A stretch of 62,943 bases of DNA, filler included, from Octopus bimaculoides (lineage: Eukaryota): NCBI RefSeq assembly GCF_001194135.2. It is 6 parts of 5 records of this genome, joined end to end, with 100 filler letters (N's around TTAATTAATTAA, not from the genome) between each part and the next. Parts side by side here need not be neighbours in the genome. Positions count along the whole stretch, not along the records: positions 27,282 to 46,814 come from NC_068984.1; positions 46,915 to 50,749 come from NC_068981.1; 4 more parts are not named here. The stretch is one strand, 5' to 3'. Within the stretch, counting starts at the first letter, position 1, and every line of letters starts with the position of its first letter. This document shows positions 38,170 to 49,843 of this stretch, piece by piece. A program made the position numbers and the translations under genes. Below the pieces are notes generated by a model. It was given only the letters and a program-made list of their open reading frames with translations. It was not told the DNA's origin and made no database searches.

Positions 38170-39060
38170 TTTTATTGTTTTACTTGTTTTAGACATGTGA
38201 CTGCGGCTATGCTGGAGCACCGCCTTTAGTCGAAAAATCGACCCCAGGATTTATCCTTTGGGATCTATTTCAAAACGGGGGCACCAGTATTTTCTTAACG
38301 AAACACTTTGAAACTTGGGACACTGGTAGAATGTGTCATATAAAACATCTTTTACTCTTAGTCTTCTTAACAAAAAAAACGTACATCGCAAGTTATTCCA
38401 TGTTAAAGTTGTCGTATTTCTGTAATTTCAACCAATCACTGACGTCTATTCAGCTGAATAGAGTTACTGCTGGGCGGTCATAAAAATGTTATTCCCTGTG
38501 ACATATTTCATCCGGTTTAATCGTAATTTATACGCATATATTGTTTATATAATAAATTATGCTGTGCGTATCTATGTGTGTAACAATTTTAGAGTTCGGA
38601 TTCTAGAGTTAGGGTTAGTGTTAGGGTTAGGGTTAACAGTCTAGTTAGGGTTAGGGTTATGGTTAGGGGATTAATACGATATACACCGTTACAGCGCTAA
38701 CTGTTTTCAACTGAATAGACGTCAGTGATTAGTAGAAATTATCGAAATAAGACAATTTTTTACATGAAATAAATTCGAATACAAAAATATTTTTCTGTTC
38801 TATAACACAAAATAGATAAGTATACGAAGTTTGAAAGTCTTTCGGTACCAAAAACACTACATAAAACATAAATGAAAACTGGTGCCCCCGTTTTGAAATA
38901 GATCCATCCTTTGTAAGCCTAGTACATATTCTATCAGTGTCTTTGCCGAACCGCTAAGTTACGAGGACGCAAACACAGCAACATCGGTTGTCAAGCAATG
39001 GTGGGGGAACAAACACACACACAAATATACCGACAGTCTTCTTTCAGTTTCCGTGTACAA
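38170..39060 (-). mobile_element. SINE family B, 3' half, split by the 38261-38905 insertion
   Basis: SINE sequence stops at atcctttg (38253-38260) and resumes at atcctttg-taagcctag (38906 onward). Confidence 0.9.
38261..38905. mobile_element. Non-autonomous long-TIR DNA transposon (Merlin-like) with internal TTAGGG repeats
   Basis: Perfect 28-bp terminal IR ggatctatttcaaaacgggggcaccagt, extending imperfectly to about 210 bp. 8-bp TSD ATCCTTTG; GG termini. Confidence 0.85.
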
Positions 39061-39139
39061 GATGGAGCCTTGTATCTTTGTTGGAAACCGGCTCCCTCCT
39101 CAGTGGAAGATTTATAACAATTAAAAAATATAAGAGACA

Positions 39140-39188
39140 TACATACATACATACATACATACATACAGACAGACAGACAGAAGAATAG

Positions 39189-39247
<59 letters not shown>

Positions 39248-39257
39248 CAAGCAGGCT

Positions 39258-39352
<95 letters not shown>
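39140..39352. repeat. (CATA)n-(GACA)n-(GATA)n compound tetranucleotide array; similar arrays at 34347-34414, 47267-47344, 48670-48770, 52765-52870 and 58585-58650
   Basis: Directly visible. Confidence 0.95.
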
Positions 39353-39353
<1 letters not shown>

Positions 39354-39721
39354 TAGTGGCTGTGGTCCAAATACTTCCAAGCGATTATGCGAATGGCAAG
39401 TCTCCAGGACTAGATACCTTCTCTACTGTAGGACTCTATACAGATGGACAAAGAAATCAGAGCGATTCACCCTGATATCATAATCACTGGCGACGACCAT
39501 AGACATATCGATCATCTTCGACCAAAGGATCGCCTGAAAGGAAGTCCAAAATCTATTTAAGTACAGGATCCTTCAAATGGAAATATCCAAGATGTTGAAC
39601 AAGTGAATGAAAAATGGGACAAATGATAATTAATGCATTGAGTATGATAAAATATATGAACATAAATCGAAGCGAAAATTAAATAAACTACTAAAACTCG
39701 CAAATTTACTTACAATCAAAA

Positions 39722-40107
39722 TAATAATAATCCTTTCTCCTGGAAGCACAAGGCCTCAAATTTGGAGGAAGGGATTAAGTCGATTACATCGACCCCAGTG
39801 CGTAACTTGTACTTTATTTATCGACCCCGAAAAGATGACAGGCAAAGTCGACGCCGGCGGAATTTGAACTCAGAACGTAGCGGCAGACGAAATACCGCTA
39901 AGCATTTCGCCCGGCGTGCTAACGTTTCTGCCAGCTCACCGCCTTCAATCAAAATAATAATAAAGATTTCAAATCTTGGCACAAGGCCAGCAAGTTCCGG
40001 CGGTAAGTCGATTGTATCGACCCCAGGACTCAACCGGTACTTATTTTAACGACCCCGAAAGAATGAAAGGCAAAGTCAACCTGAGCGGAATTTGAACTCA
40101 GAACGTA
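39722..40107 (-). mobile_element. Two tandem SINE family A copies (39722-39945, and 39952-40107 cut by a gap)
   Basis: Each has an (ATT)n tail, the gtcgattacatcgacccc-like motif and the ttgaactcagaacg B-box complement. Confidence 0.9.
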
Positions 40108-40394
40108 NNNNNNNNNNNNNNNNNNNNNNNNNNNNNNNNNNNNNNNNNNNNNNNNNNNNNNNNNNNNNNNNNNNNNNNNNNNNNNNNNNNNNNNNNNNNN
40201 NNNNNNNNNNNNNNNNNNNNNNNNNNNNNNNNNNNNNNNNNNNNNNNNNNNNNNNNNNNNNNNNNNNNNNNNNNNNNNNNNNNNNNNNNNNNNNNNNNNN
40301 NNNNNNNNNNNNNNNNNNNNNNNNNNNNNNNNNNNNNNNNNNNNNNNNNNNNNNNNNNNNNNNNNNNNNNNNNNNNNNNNNNNNNNNNNNNNNN

Positions 40395-40812
40395 GTGCGA
40401 CTATGAGATAGAGAATAGGAAGCCAGACATAGTCTTAATTGAGAAAGAAAACAAACTATGCTGGATCATAGATATAGTATGCCCAGCTGACAACAAGGTA
40501 TGCAATAAGGAAGAAAGAAAAGTTGAGATATGACAGGTTAGCTTCGGAAGTTAAGCAGTTGTGGTCGATGAAAAAGGTAGCAGTAGTACCAATAATTGTC
40601 GGAGCCCTGGGAACAGTGAGCAAAAATCTCTAGAAGTACGTGGAACAAATAGGAGCTGCAATACGGATGAAGCACTTGCAGAAAACAGCACTGCTTGGAA
40701 CCGCTCGAATACTCCGGAAGGTGCTCGAAAAATAAGAGGTGTTACCTTAGTTCACTGGTAGTGAACAGCTGACACTGTAGTACATCTCCAGCGTTAGAAG
40801 CTGTGCAAAGGC
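40395..40812 (+). mobile_element. 3' end of an RLE-type non-LTR retrotransposon (R4/Dong-like), restriction-like endonuclease domain
   Basis: CDYEIENRKPDIVLIEKENKLCWIIDIVCP.D..KE..RYDRL..LWSMKKVAVVPIIVGALGTVS...LQKTALLGTARILRKVLEK-stop (PD..D motif), followed by an (ATG)n/(AAC)n tail. Confidence 0.88.
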
Positions 40813-40857
40813 AATGATGATGATGATGATGATGATGATGATAACAACAACAACAAG

Positions 40858-41222
40858 AACACTCAGAGAGCGCAAACCTCCGTCAAGGCAATACCAACGT
40901 CCTCTCAACGATTAGCCAGAGATGATTTTTAAAATGAGAATATCTGAAATAAACTCGACTGCTCTCACAGACGAGAATGCTAAAAATGAACCCGACCGCT
41001 CTCAGAAATTAAGTAAAGGAAAACAGGAAAAATAATCCACAATCCTTGTCCGGTACCGGATCGATCTCAAAATATAATCAGCTCGTGCCAGTCACGAAGC
41101 CAAACATCCCTGAAGGTTTCATCCAAATCCATCCAGCGGGTCTAGAGATATCTTGTCCACGGACAAACAAACAAACACAACTGAAAACAATACCTCTGCC
41201 TTCGATAAGGCTAAGGTAATAA
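40858..41222. mobile_element. DINE-1/HINE (Helentron-associated)-like non-autonomous element
   Basis: Left cactcagagagcgcaaacctccgtcaaggc. Right (CAAA)n, then acctctgcc-ttcgataa-ggctaagg-taataa stem-loop that repeats the sub-terminal motif. Confidence 0.55.
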
Positions 41223-41662
41223 GTATTCTTGACTAAGCACTCATATCTACTACACACAAGAACTTGAATTTGAAATGAAGTTATAATCGATCATATACAC
41301 TCCTGTACTTCATTTAATCGAGTACGGAAGGATAAAAGGACAGGTAGACTCTATCTCGATTTGAACGCAAGGAGAAGTAAGTAAACACCGCAAAAAAACT
41401 GTATCCGAAGATCTACCAATTTTATCAACCTGCAGAATCAATTGTTTCTCTTCTGCGATGAAATCAGAAATATAAGTTATCAGCGACGTAGCTCGAGTGA
41501 TTGTCGTCCGGATTAGCCCTTGAGTTTACCGATTGCCCGCCTGATACTGATTATGGTCAATACAAGCAGTAATCCAACAATAAACTTATTTTTTACTTAC
41601 TGACTTTGTAAGCGGGAGCAGCTCCACCGAGATCGATGAGCTTGATGCTGTTAATATGCCGT

Positions 41663-41891
41663 TTACCACTTTTGATACCAACCCACTTGAGATGCCCCGT
41701 TGTTTTGTGATACAAACATTGTTTTAAAGTGATCTAAATAATAACCTTCCATCAAAATTTCACGTTAATTATTGTTTCAAACTTTAGATTAATATTGACA
41801 AAGTTATTTTGCTAACTTCTTCTTCATTTTTCAAAATTAATTGAAATAAAGATAGTGTATGTCAACAAAAATATGGTAACGAAAGGGTTAA
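41663..41891. mobile_element. piggyBac-like (TTAA) MITE
   Basis: Right end ggtaacgaaagggTTAA; degenerate left end ttaccacttttgatacc. Confidence 0.55.
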
Positions 41892-42349
41892 ACTGTTGCA
41901 GGTGAATGCCTGCAGGAAAGACATAATCAACGTAAAGATACAGTTCCAGATAAGAAGGATTGAGTATCGGGATTAGTGCGGGATCGGGGACGGGAATTTG
42001 GGAGCAACACAGGTGACGAGAAGTGGAGAGATGAGACAACAATCCACTGAGATGTTGGATTGCAGTAGTTACTGGTGGACGTTCGCACCAGAAAATGCAT
42101 GTCATTTAGGCATAAGGTTTTGACAGTGTGAATTTCCGTGAGAAAATACTCCAAAGTATCATAGAATATCGATAACTAGGTGTCCAGTTTCTGAGACGGC
42201 AGTGGCGGCGCCAGGTTTATAACCTTAAACAAAATCAAAGATAAAAATCTAAAATAATATTTCCTTTAAACGAATTTTATTTAGTCATCATTGTTACCGT
42301 CTGTTTTTTAACTGATTTTTTTTTTTTCGTTAAAAAGCTCACTTTGCAA

Positions 42350-42520
42350 CAATGTCGTTTTGGGTTCAGTTCCAGGGCAAGTGTATTCCACTATAGCCCT
42401 GGGCTGACCTATACCTTGTGAATGAATTTGGTGGACGGAAACTGTGTGGCAGCCCGTCATATAAGGTATATATGCATGTATGTCTGTGTCTTTGTCTTTG
42501 TGTATGTCCCCATCCCCACA
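42350..42520 (+). mobile_element. SINE family B, 5' half
   Basis: gggttcagttcc-agggcaagtg..cactatagccctggg..ttggtggacggaaactg is shared with 29960-30050 (opposite strand). Confidence 0.75.
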
Positions 42521-42665
42521 CCCACTTGCTGCAATACAATGCATGAAACAAGTAAAAGATAAAAGAAAATGATTTCTAACTAACGACCAACATAGGCCCA
42601 AGATCTACACATTGAGTTGAAAGGCGGATAGTTAATTTAATCTAAATTAAAAAGCAAAGCAGATA

Positions 42666-42886
42666 TACGAGGGGTTGTTGAAAAGTTCCTGGTTTTGGGG
42701 AAAATAAAATACAGGAGGATCATTTAATTATAATCTTATTCAACTTATTCCCCTCTCAGATTCACACACTTATTGTAGCGGTCCTTCAGTTTTTCTAAGC
42801 CCTGTAAAAGAACTCGGAAGGTTGGGGCTCCGACCACGCCTTTCGCGATACCCTTAAAGCCAGGAACTTTTCAGCACTCCCTTGTA
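42666..42886 (-). mobile_element. Mariner-derived MITE
   Basis: TA-cgaggggttgttgaaaagttcctgg / ccaggaacttttcagcactcccttg-TA TIRs. The minus strand retains a mariner C-terminus, GLEKLKDRYNKCVNLRGE*VE. Confidence 0.85.
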
Positions 42887-44020
42887 ACCAAATGCGACGC
42901 TCTATCTGTTATGCCAATCCACCTGCCTAATTCTCTTTACACATAATGCTCTCTTATACCTACAGAAAGCTGCGAATTGGCACAATTGTAAGAGCATCGG
43001 ATAGCATACCTCATGGAATTTTGTCAGCTTGCCGCCTTAAAATAAAAGAGAATAGCGACAGAAGACCCACAAATATTTAGAGCTGACCATGTTGATGCAT
43101 AGGCCTGAATAATATTTTCTTTTAGAAGACTGGTAGTTGTCCATGTATACAAGTTTCATCCTCATACCACCAATGTTTATCCAAAGGAAAGGCCGATAAC
43201 TTGGGCCAATACTGCTTGGTTTCAAGGCATGAGGCGGATCAAATATCGCATTGTATTATATCCGACTCCGTGATAGTTCTATCTATTCGCAGTGACGAGT
43301 TTAGAGTGTGTGTTGTCCAAGAAAGACCTTGAGTTTTCCGCCGCCCCCACTCCTTACCGAGTCCCAAAACCTATACAGTCTTATACAGCAGACCCAAAAG
43401 TGCCACTGCCTTTAAAGCGTCAACAGGGGAAGACTGCCGCCTCGTCCGGCTACGCGACTGCCAATACACCGGCCTGGATTGACGTCCATGTATTTTTCTT
43501 TTTTATGAGCTCCTAAAAAAGAAGAAAGACAAAATTGACTGACATCGGTAGGATTTGAACTCAGAGCTTAGAGGGACGGAACAAAAGCTGCATATCATTT
43601 CTATCCAATGCTCCAACGACCCCGTCATTTTGCCACCTTGACACAAATATACCGGTGTGGAGAACAATCGATTTAATAGGAATTAGTACATTCTTACAAA
43701 GAAATCAATATACTTGAAGTCAGCACAGAAATTATCATATTTACATTGTGCTAACATTTGCAATTACAAAATCGATCCCTCCTACCTTGCGGTACTGAAA
43801 TGTTAGTTATATAGATTTTGCTGCTGCTGTTGTTGACGACTGGTGGTGTGGTGGTGGTGGTGGTTTGTTGTTATTGCTGCTGTTGCTATCGTCGTTGTTG
43901 CTATTGTGTCTTCTACTTGTACATCTAATTAGTAGAATTTACTACCAGTTGTTGTTTAGCCAATGTATCCTTCCTTTTATTAACACACTAAGATGTCAAT
44001 TAACTGCTATGTCTAATATA

Positions 44021-44234
44021 TCTTTCACTACTCCAGGCAGAAGGCCCGAAATTTTGGGGGAGGTGGGGCCAGTCGATTAGATCGACCCAGTACGCAACTG
44101 GTACTTAATTTATCGACCCCGAAAGGATGAAAGACAAAATCGACCTCGGCGGAATTTGAACTCGGAACGTAAAGACAGACGAAATACCGCTAAGCATTTC
44201 GCCCAGCGTGCTAACGTTTCTGCCAGCTGGCCGC
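44021..44234 (-). mobile_element. SINE family A, low-divergence copy
   Basis: Close to the 39722 and 32695 copies. Confidence 0.9.
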
Positions 44235-44908
44235 TATGTTTAATATATCGTATATCAGAAAGCTCCCTTGTTGGCTCGATATATTTGTTATCAGTGATTC
44301 TCCTTTGAGACATTAAATTACACAGTTCTGTGTCTCTTGTTATTGCTTAGAACGCAAATGGGCTGACTCTAATCACACAGAGCTATAATAAAAGACATTC
44401 AAGCTTTGACCATTAACCATCCACCTTCTCATTTTCAGAATTAGAGTACCATTGACTACGTTATTCAGTGTCCTTTCTTTAAGATAGTAGGGTGTGAATA
44501 AAGGAGATTTGGCTGCTATTCTAGTAGATCAAGCGTCTATATTAAGGTTCCCACTTGGGCTTATTTTGTATCTGTCGTATGACTTAGACTTTTGATTAAT
44601 TAGGATTCGAATCAGTGTTACCAATTCAACTCTTTCGGATCTAAATCCACATCTTTTTTTATATACCCCTATGTCTGTCTCTATCCACGGATGTCCTTCT
44701 AAACCTGCACTCTCCACTCCTGCCTCCTCATCCTCCCATCCTAACCCCCTACAAAGAACCTTATTCCCACCTTTTTTTCAACCATCTTTTCTCATTCTTT
44801 TACCTTTTCTGGTGGAAGACTATCGTCCGAAAGAAACGTCTGGGCGCTTTCACTTCTTTGTAAGTGTTTAACTGATACATTTGTTGAGAGTGGTCCCTCT
44901 GTTGATGT

Positions 44909-44943
<35 letters not shown>

Positions 44944-45716
44944 GTCTTATACATACAGCTGAGTGGGCTGGATCAATAAGAGAATGAAGTGAAATGAAGT
45001 GTTTCGCTCAAGAACACAACGTACAGCGGGTCTGGGAATCGAAATCACGATCTGACGATGGCGATTGCAATACTCCTAACCACTAGGCCGCGTGCTTTCA
45101 CACACACACACACACACACACATGTGGCCAACATATACACTTCAATAACACTGTGAGTCCATGTATTTCTAGAAGTTATCAATAGTCTCTGAGTCAACCT
45201 GCTAATTCTTTTGACGCCCAGAGTTTCCTTGAGAAAGACAGCAAATAGACATATCAAGTGTGTGTATGCGTGTGCATGTGTCTGTCTGTGTATGCAAGCG
45301 CGCGCACATACGTGTGTTTAGTGGATGCTTCCATTTATTCAAATGAAGCATGGAAGAAATATGTAACCCTCATCTTCAGTTTCGACGCTGGCGACAGTAG
45401 GCTAATGGGAATAACTGGGGCACATGGCAACGTACCATTATGTCATGGAGCATGACAAACATCTGGAAAGATTCTCATAGCCTGGGCACACACCAAGTTA
45501 GACAGTACTTCGAAGTCTGAAAACTTCTTCAACCTCTTTGGTAATCTCCTGTATTCTCATTCAAGCTCACTTGTTTTAATTTTACCTTGCCATTGGACAT
45601 GTGGAGACACTCGAGTGAAATTCCTCTCTCCTTTATTATATATATATATACATACATTCAAACGTGGCAGATAACAGCTAACCTTTGGCTACTATTTGGA
45701 TCCCGCGTGTCCACTA

Positions 45717-45855
45717 CTCTGATTGGTTGGTATTGGTGCAATTTGTCTCTTACTCTGTCACGCCAATATGCAACCTAACCAATCGGAGTCCCTAAATAAA
45801 TCACGTGAGACAGTCTGTTCACAATGCAATTTGAACCTGCTGTTATCTATAAAAA
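45717..45855 (+). promoter_or_regulatory. Promoter-like cluster: four CCAAT boxes in inverted arrangement, an E-box and a TATA box
   Basis: ATTGG at 45722 and 45732; CCAAT at 45763 and 45779; CACGTG at 45802; TATAAAA at 45848. No downstream gene identified. Confidence 0.3.
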
Positions 45856-46914
45856 CTCAACTTCTTGTCTCGATGTCTTTAGTTCTAGACCTTCTAAGAT
45901 CTAGCCACACAACACAGCCAGTTCCACACCCGTCCAACAGCATTACAGCGACCTCCATTTTCGTCGCCCCCATCATGTCCCTCACCAACGTCGTCAACAT
46001 TTTTACGTACACAGCACCAGCAACACTGCACAGGTTCTAACATAGCACTATTCGTGAACTACTTCACTATGGTTAACAGTAAACATACAACCCACGTATG
46101 TGCATGTAAATATATCAATAGATCTTTCATAAGACTTCTACGCGGTTGTGTCTCTCTTTTCCAACTGGCACATTATATGTATTATTTCAGCCTTCTGATA
46201 TTAGCCGTTATTAAATGGTCAAACTACACATCACCTTGACTATCTATAGACATATTGTGTGAGAAAGAAAAACGGTGTCCGGTGCGGGCGCCGCTATTTC
46301 TCACTTTAAAAGAATCTTGCGCTAGTCTAACGTTTGTGTTTAGCGTATAAGTCTGCTCGGTACATAACTGACAGAGCCCTAACTAGGGGTCAAATAGTCT
46401 TTTTGTGGTAGCTTGAGCATTCTGTATATCTGAAGCAATGAAATATCACCACTTCCGATGTTTCAGGCTCGCGGATGGTGTAGTATAAGCAGGAGAATTT
46501 TCATTTTTCTACTCTCACCTTATGATTGGGTTTCTTGTCGAAGTTCTGCATAGACAACCAAGATTTTCATTCATTACTGGTGACGAACATTCGTGGGGCC
46601 ACAGGTGGCGATCCTTTTTTTTTTTTTGCATCAGTTGGGGTATCGCACGTTTGCGATAATGAAATAGCGCCAATTTCGAAGCTTTAGGCACACAGGTGTA
46701 GTATAGGCAGGGCAGTCGAGATTCTCTGGTTTCTGATAGATCACATTTTTTTTTTTCATTATTTTATCGCGAATACCGTGCAGCAGAAAGTAACAGGAAA
46801 GTGTTCATATGGGGNNNNNNNNNNNNNNNNNNNNNNNNNNNNNNNNNNNNNNNNNNNNTTAATTAATTAANNNNNNNNNNNNNNNNNNNNNNNNNNNNNN
46901 NNNNNNNNNNNNNN

Positions 46915-47137
46915 TTGTGTGTCTGTGTTTACTCTCCCCCAACATCGCTTGACAACCGATGCTGGTGTGTTTACGTCCCCGTAACTTAGTGGTTCAGCAA
47001 AACTGGCCGATAGAATAAGTACTAGGCTTACAAAGAATAAGTCCTTAGGTCGATTCGCTCGACTAAAGGCGGTGCTCCAGCATGGCCACAGTCAAATGAC
47101 TGAAACAACTAAAAGAGTAAAAGGCAGTAAAAAGAGT
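46915..47137 (+). mobile_element. SINE family B, 3' half with (gagtaaaa)-like tail
   Basis: Matches 125-320. Confidence 0.9.
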
Positions 47138-47345
47138 ATACACATTGACGACTACCCAGGTGAGTTTGCCGAAATTCAAATGAAGTAGGCTTGTTTCTTG
47201 GGCAAGAAACCGGTTCTTTTTCCATTGGTGGGAAGTTCGAAAAGCTAAACCAGATAAATATACAATCATACATACATACATACATACATACATACATACA
47301 TACATACATACATACATACATACATACATACATACATACATACAT

Positions 47346-47624
47346 TTGTTGGCACTCCGTCGCTTACGACGACGAGGGTTCCAGTTGATCCGATCAANNN
47401 NNNNNNNCCTTTGAATCACAGGCACAACAGAAACAGGAAGCAAGAGTGAGAGAAAGTTGCGGTGAGAGAGTACAGCAGGGTTCGCCACCATCCCATGCCG
47501 GAGTCTCGTGGAGCTTTAGGTGTTTTCGCTCAATAAACACTCACAACGCCCGGTCTGGGAATCGAAACCGCGATCCTATTACCGCGAGTTCGCTGCCCTA
47601 ACCACTGGGCCATTGCGCCTCAAC
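47346..47624 (-). mobile_element. SINE family C within (CATA)n, with a 10-N gap
   Basis: Near-identical to 21031-21420; B box GGTTTCGATTCCC. Confidence 0.9.
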
Positions 47625-48027
47625 ACATACATACATACATACATACATACTCAAGTTTAAGACGTGACATTGTTTCCGTTATCTACATTCCAGCGATGGC
47701 CCTTTTTATCTTTGTTACAAACGAGCTCCTTCCTCAAAGGAAGAATTTAAATAAATAAAAACATACATACATACACCCATACATGCACATATGTATATAT
47801 GCATACATACACAAACACATGCATTTATGTATAGATATATAAATGCATACATTCACCCACAAATGCATGTATATACATATATGCATGCATACACAGAGAC
47901 AGCCAGACAGAAAGACAGACAGATATGATAGGTCTTCAGTCGGTTTCCACGATGAGCAATCAGTTTTCATTAACTGAAGTACCTCCTCGTTAACTTAATG
48001 CCTGTACGAATATTTCATAAACACATA

Positions 48028-48437
48028 CCGGAAATCCTCGAGTATAATCCGCACTTTTTCACCAAAATTTAAAGGTCAAAATTGCTAGTGCGTACTATAT
48101 ACGAGGTTAAAAATGAAAAATATTTTCTAAGTGATAAATATGTAAAGGCAATTTACTTGATATTTATTTTTCACTGGCGTTATTACTGTTATTTCTTTAT
48201 TTTCTGCAAACAAAGTGCACAAAAAAGCTACACGTTTGCATTATGTTATACATAGAATAATAATAAAGGACGTTACCGTATATACGTTTACAAACCAAGG
48301 ACGTTATATAGACCTCCTTGACTCAAATTAGAGAAGGGGAGCGTATTATACACAAGGTTTAGGTTTTTCAGAGGTACAGCCCCCTAAAAATCCCCTGCGT
48401 ATTATACTCAAGGCGGACTATACTCGAGGATTTACGG
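48028..48437. mobile_element. Tc1/pogo-type MITE with CCGTA-like termini
   Basis: TA|ccggaaatcctcgagtataatccgc ... gcggactatactcgaggatttacgg|TA. Confidence 0.8.
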
Positions 48438-49651
48438 TATGCTCTGACGGTAAAAAACAGGATATTATTGCACACACACACACACACACAGACTTATGTC
48501 AGCACGAGAACTCTTGGTAAAACATTCCCACCAATACTTCTGTTAAATACAAACCACAACAAGACTGATGTAATCGATTGGGGAGGCAGGAAAGAAAAAT
48601 GTTGTAGTCATAAATGTCAAAGAAAGAGAATCTACACGGAGGAAAGTTCGTACGCACTCACGCACTCACTAATACATACATACATACATACATACATACA
48701 TTCATACATACATACATACATACATACATACATACATACATACATACATACATACATACATACATACGTGCGTGCGTACGTACATCGACGCTTTAACACT
48801 GCAATTCAAACTCAGTTCGAATCACATACACACACACATATACAACGTATGGGAAGGAATAGAAAAGTGAGGGTGAGAGAGGAAAAAGAGAGGTTTAATG
48901 AAAGAGGGAGTATCGAGGACAGAGAAGGAATTGGAAAGAGAGAAGGAGAGAGCTGGAGGGGGAGAAATTGGAGATGGAACGAAGGATAGATGGACAACAA
49001 GATATTTTGACAGCCATACAGACGATTATACAGAAAGAGAGAGAGAGAGAGAGAGACTTAAGAAGGAAAGCTATAGGCTCTAACATCAGTTGATACTCTC
49101 TCGCTCTCTGTCTCTCGCTACGTTATCTGCCATATTGATTTCGTGTAACCTATTCAAACGCTTGATTGACGCTCGCAAGGAGACTCACATAAAATCTTCA
49201 TACGAAAATCTAACCGAAATAAGGGGAGAGACAGCGGTTTACTGCTCTGCTGACTTCAACTATTACCATTTTTCAAACTTTACAATCGATGTTCTGAAGA
49301 CGAAACAAGTCTTCTGTGTCAGTATCCAAGTTCTGTTATAAAATATTTCCCTGAAAGTTATACATCATACAATGTGTTCAGTCACCTTTTCGCTATTTTG
49401 TTTGTTCGATTTTTTTTTTTTAAATACTCTAGGGACAAAACAAAGGTAGTTTCGTATTTTCTTTGAGGGATTTCTTTTAATTTCTGATTATATTAATTTT
49501 TATTTGTTTTTTTTTTTAGCTTTTTATTTTTTTACTGATTTTGAAGAATCGGTTTTTGCTCCTATTTGTTTATACAATTTTTTATTAATATGTTGGTTTA
49601 GAGCCAGTTTAGTTTCGTCGAACTTTCACAATCTTTCAATATTGTTCAGTT

Positions 49652-49843
49652 TTAACTTTAACATATCACAATGTTAGCTTAAATGTGTTACAATGTTTAA
49701 TTTATACGTGTTACGCTGTAAAATTTTAACAAATCACAATATTAACTTTAATGTGTTACAATGTTAATTTATACGTGTTACGCTGTTAATTTTAACAAAT
49801 CACAATATTAACTTCAATGTGTTAAGCTGTTAATTTTAACACC
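49652..49843. repeat. AT-rich minisatellite, about 66-bp period built from about 22-bp subunits, roughly 3 copies
   Basis: Repeated aatgtgttacaatgttaatttatacgtgttacgctgttaattttaacaaatcacaatattaactt. Confidence 0.8.

Noticed and set aside
39395-39560. GKSPGLD motif suggesting LINE RT domain 0
   Set aside because: No downstream RT motifs could be recovered in any frame.
49652-49843. Regular repeat as a CRISPR-like array
   Set aside because: The units are tandem with no unique spacers, and the context is eukaryotic.
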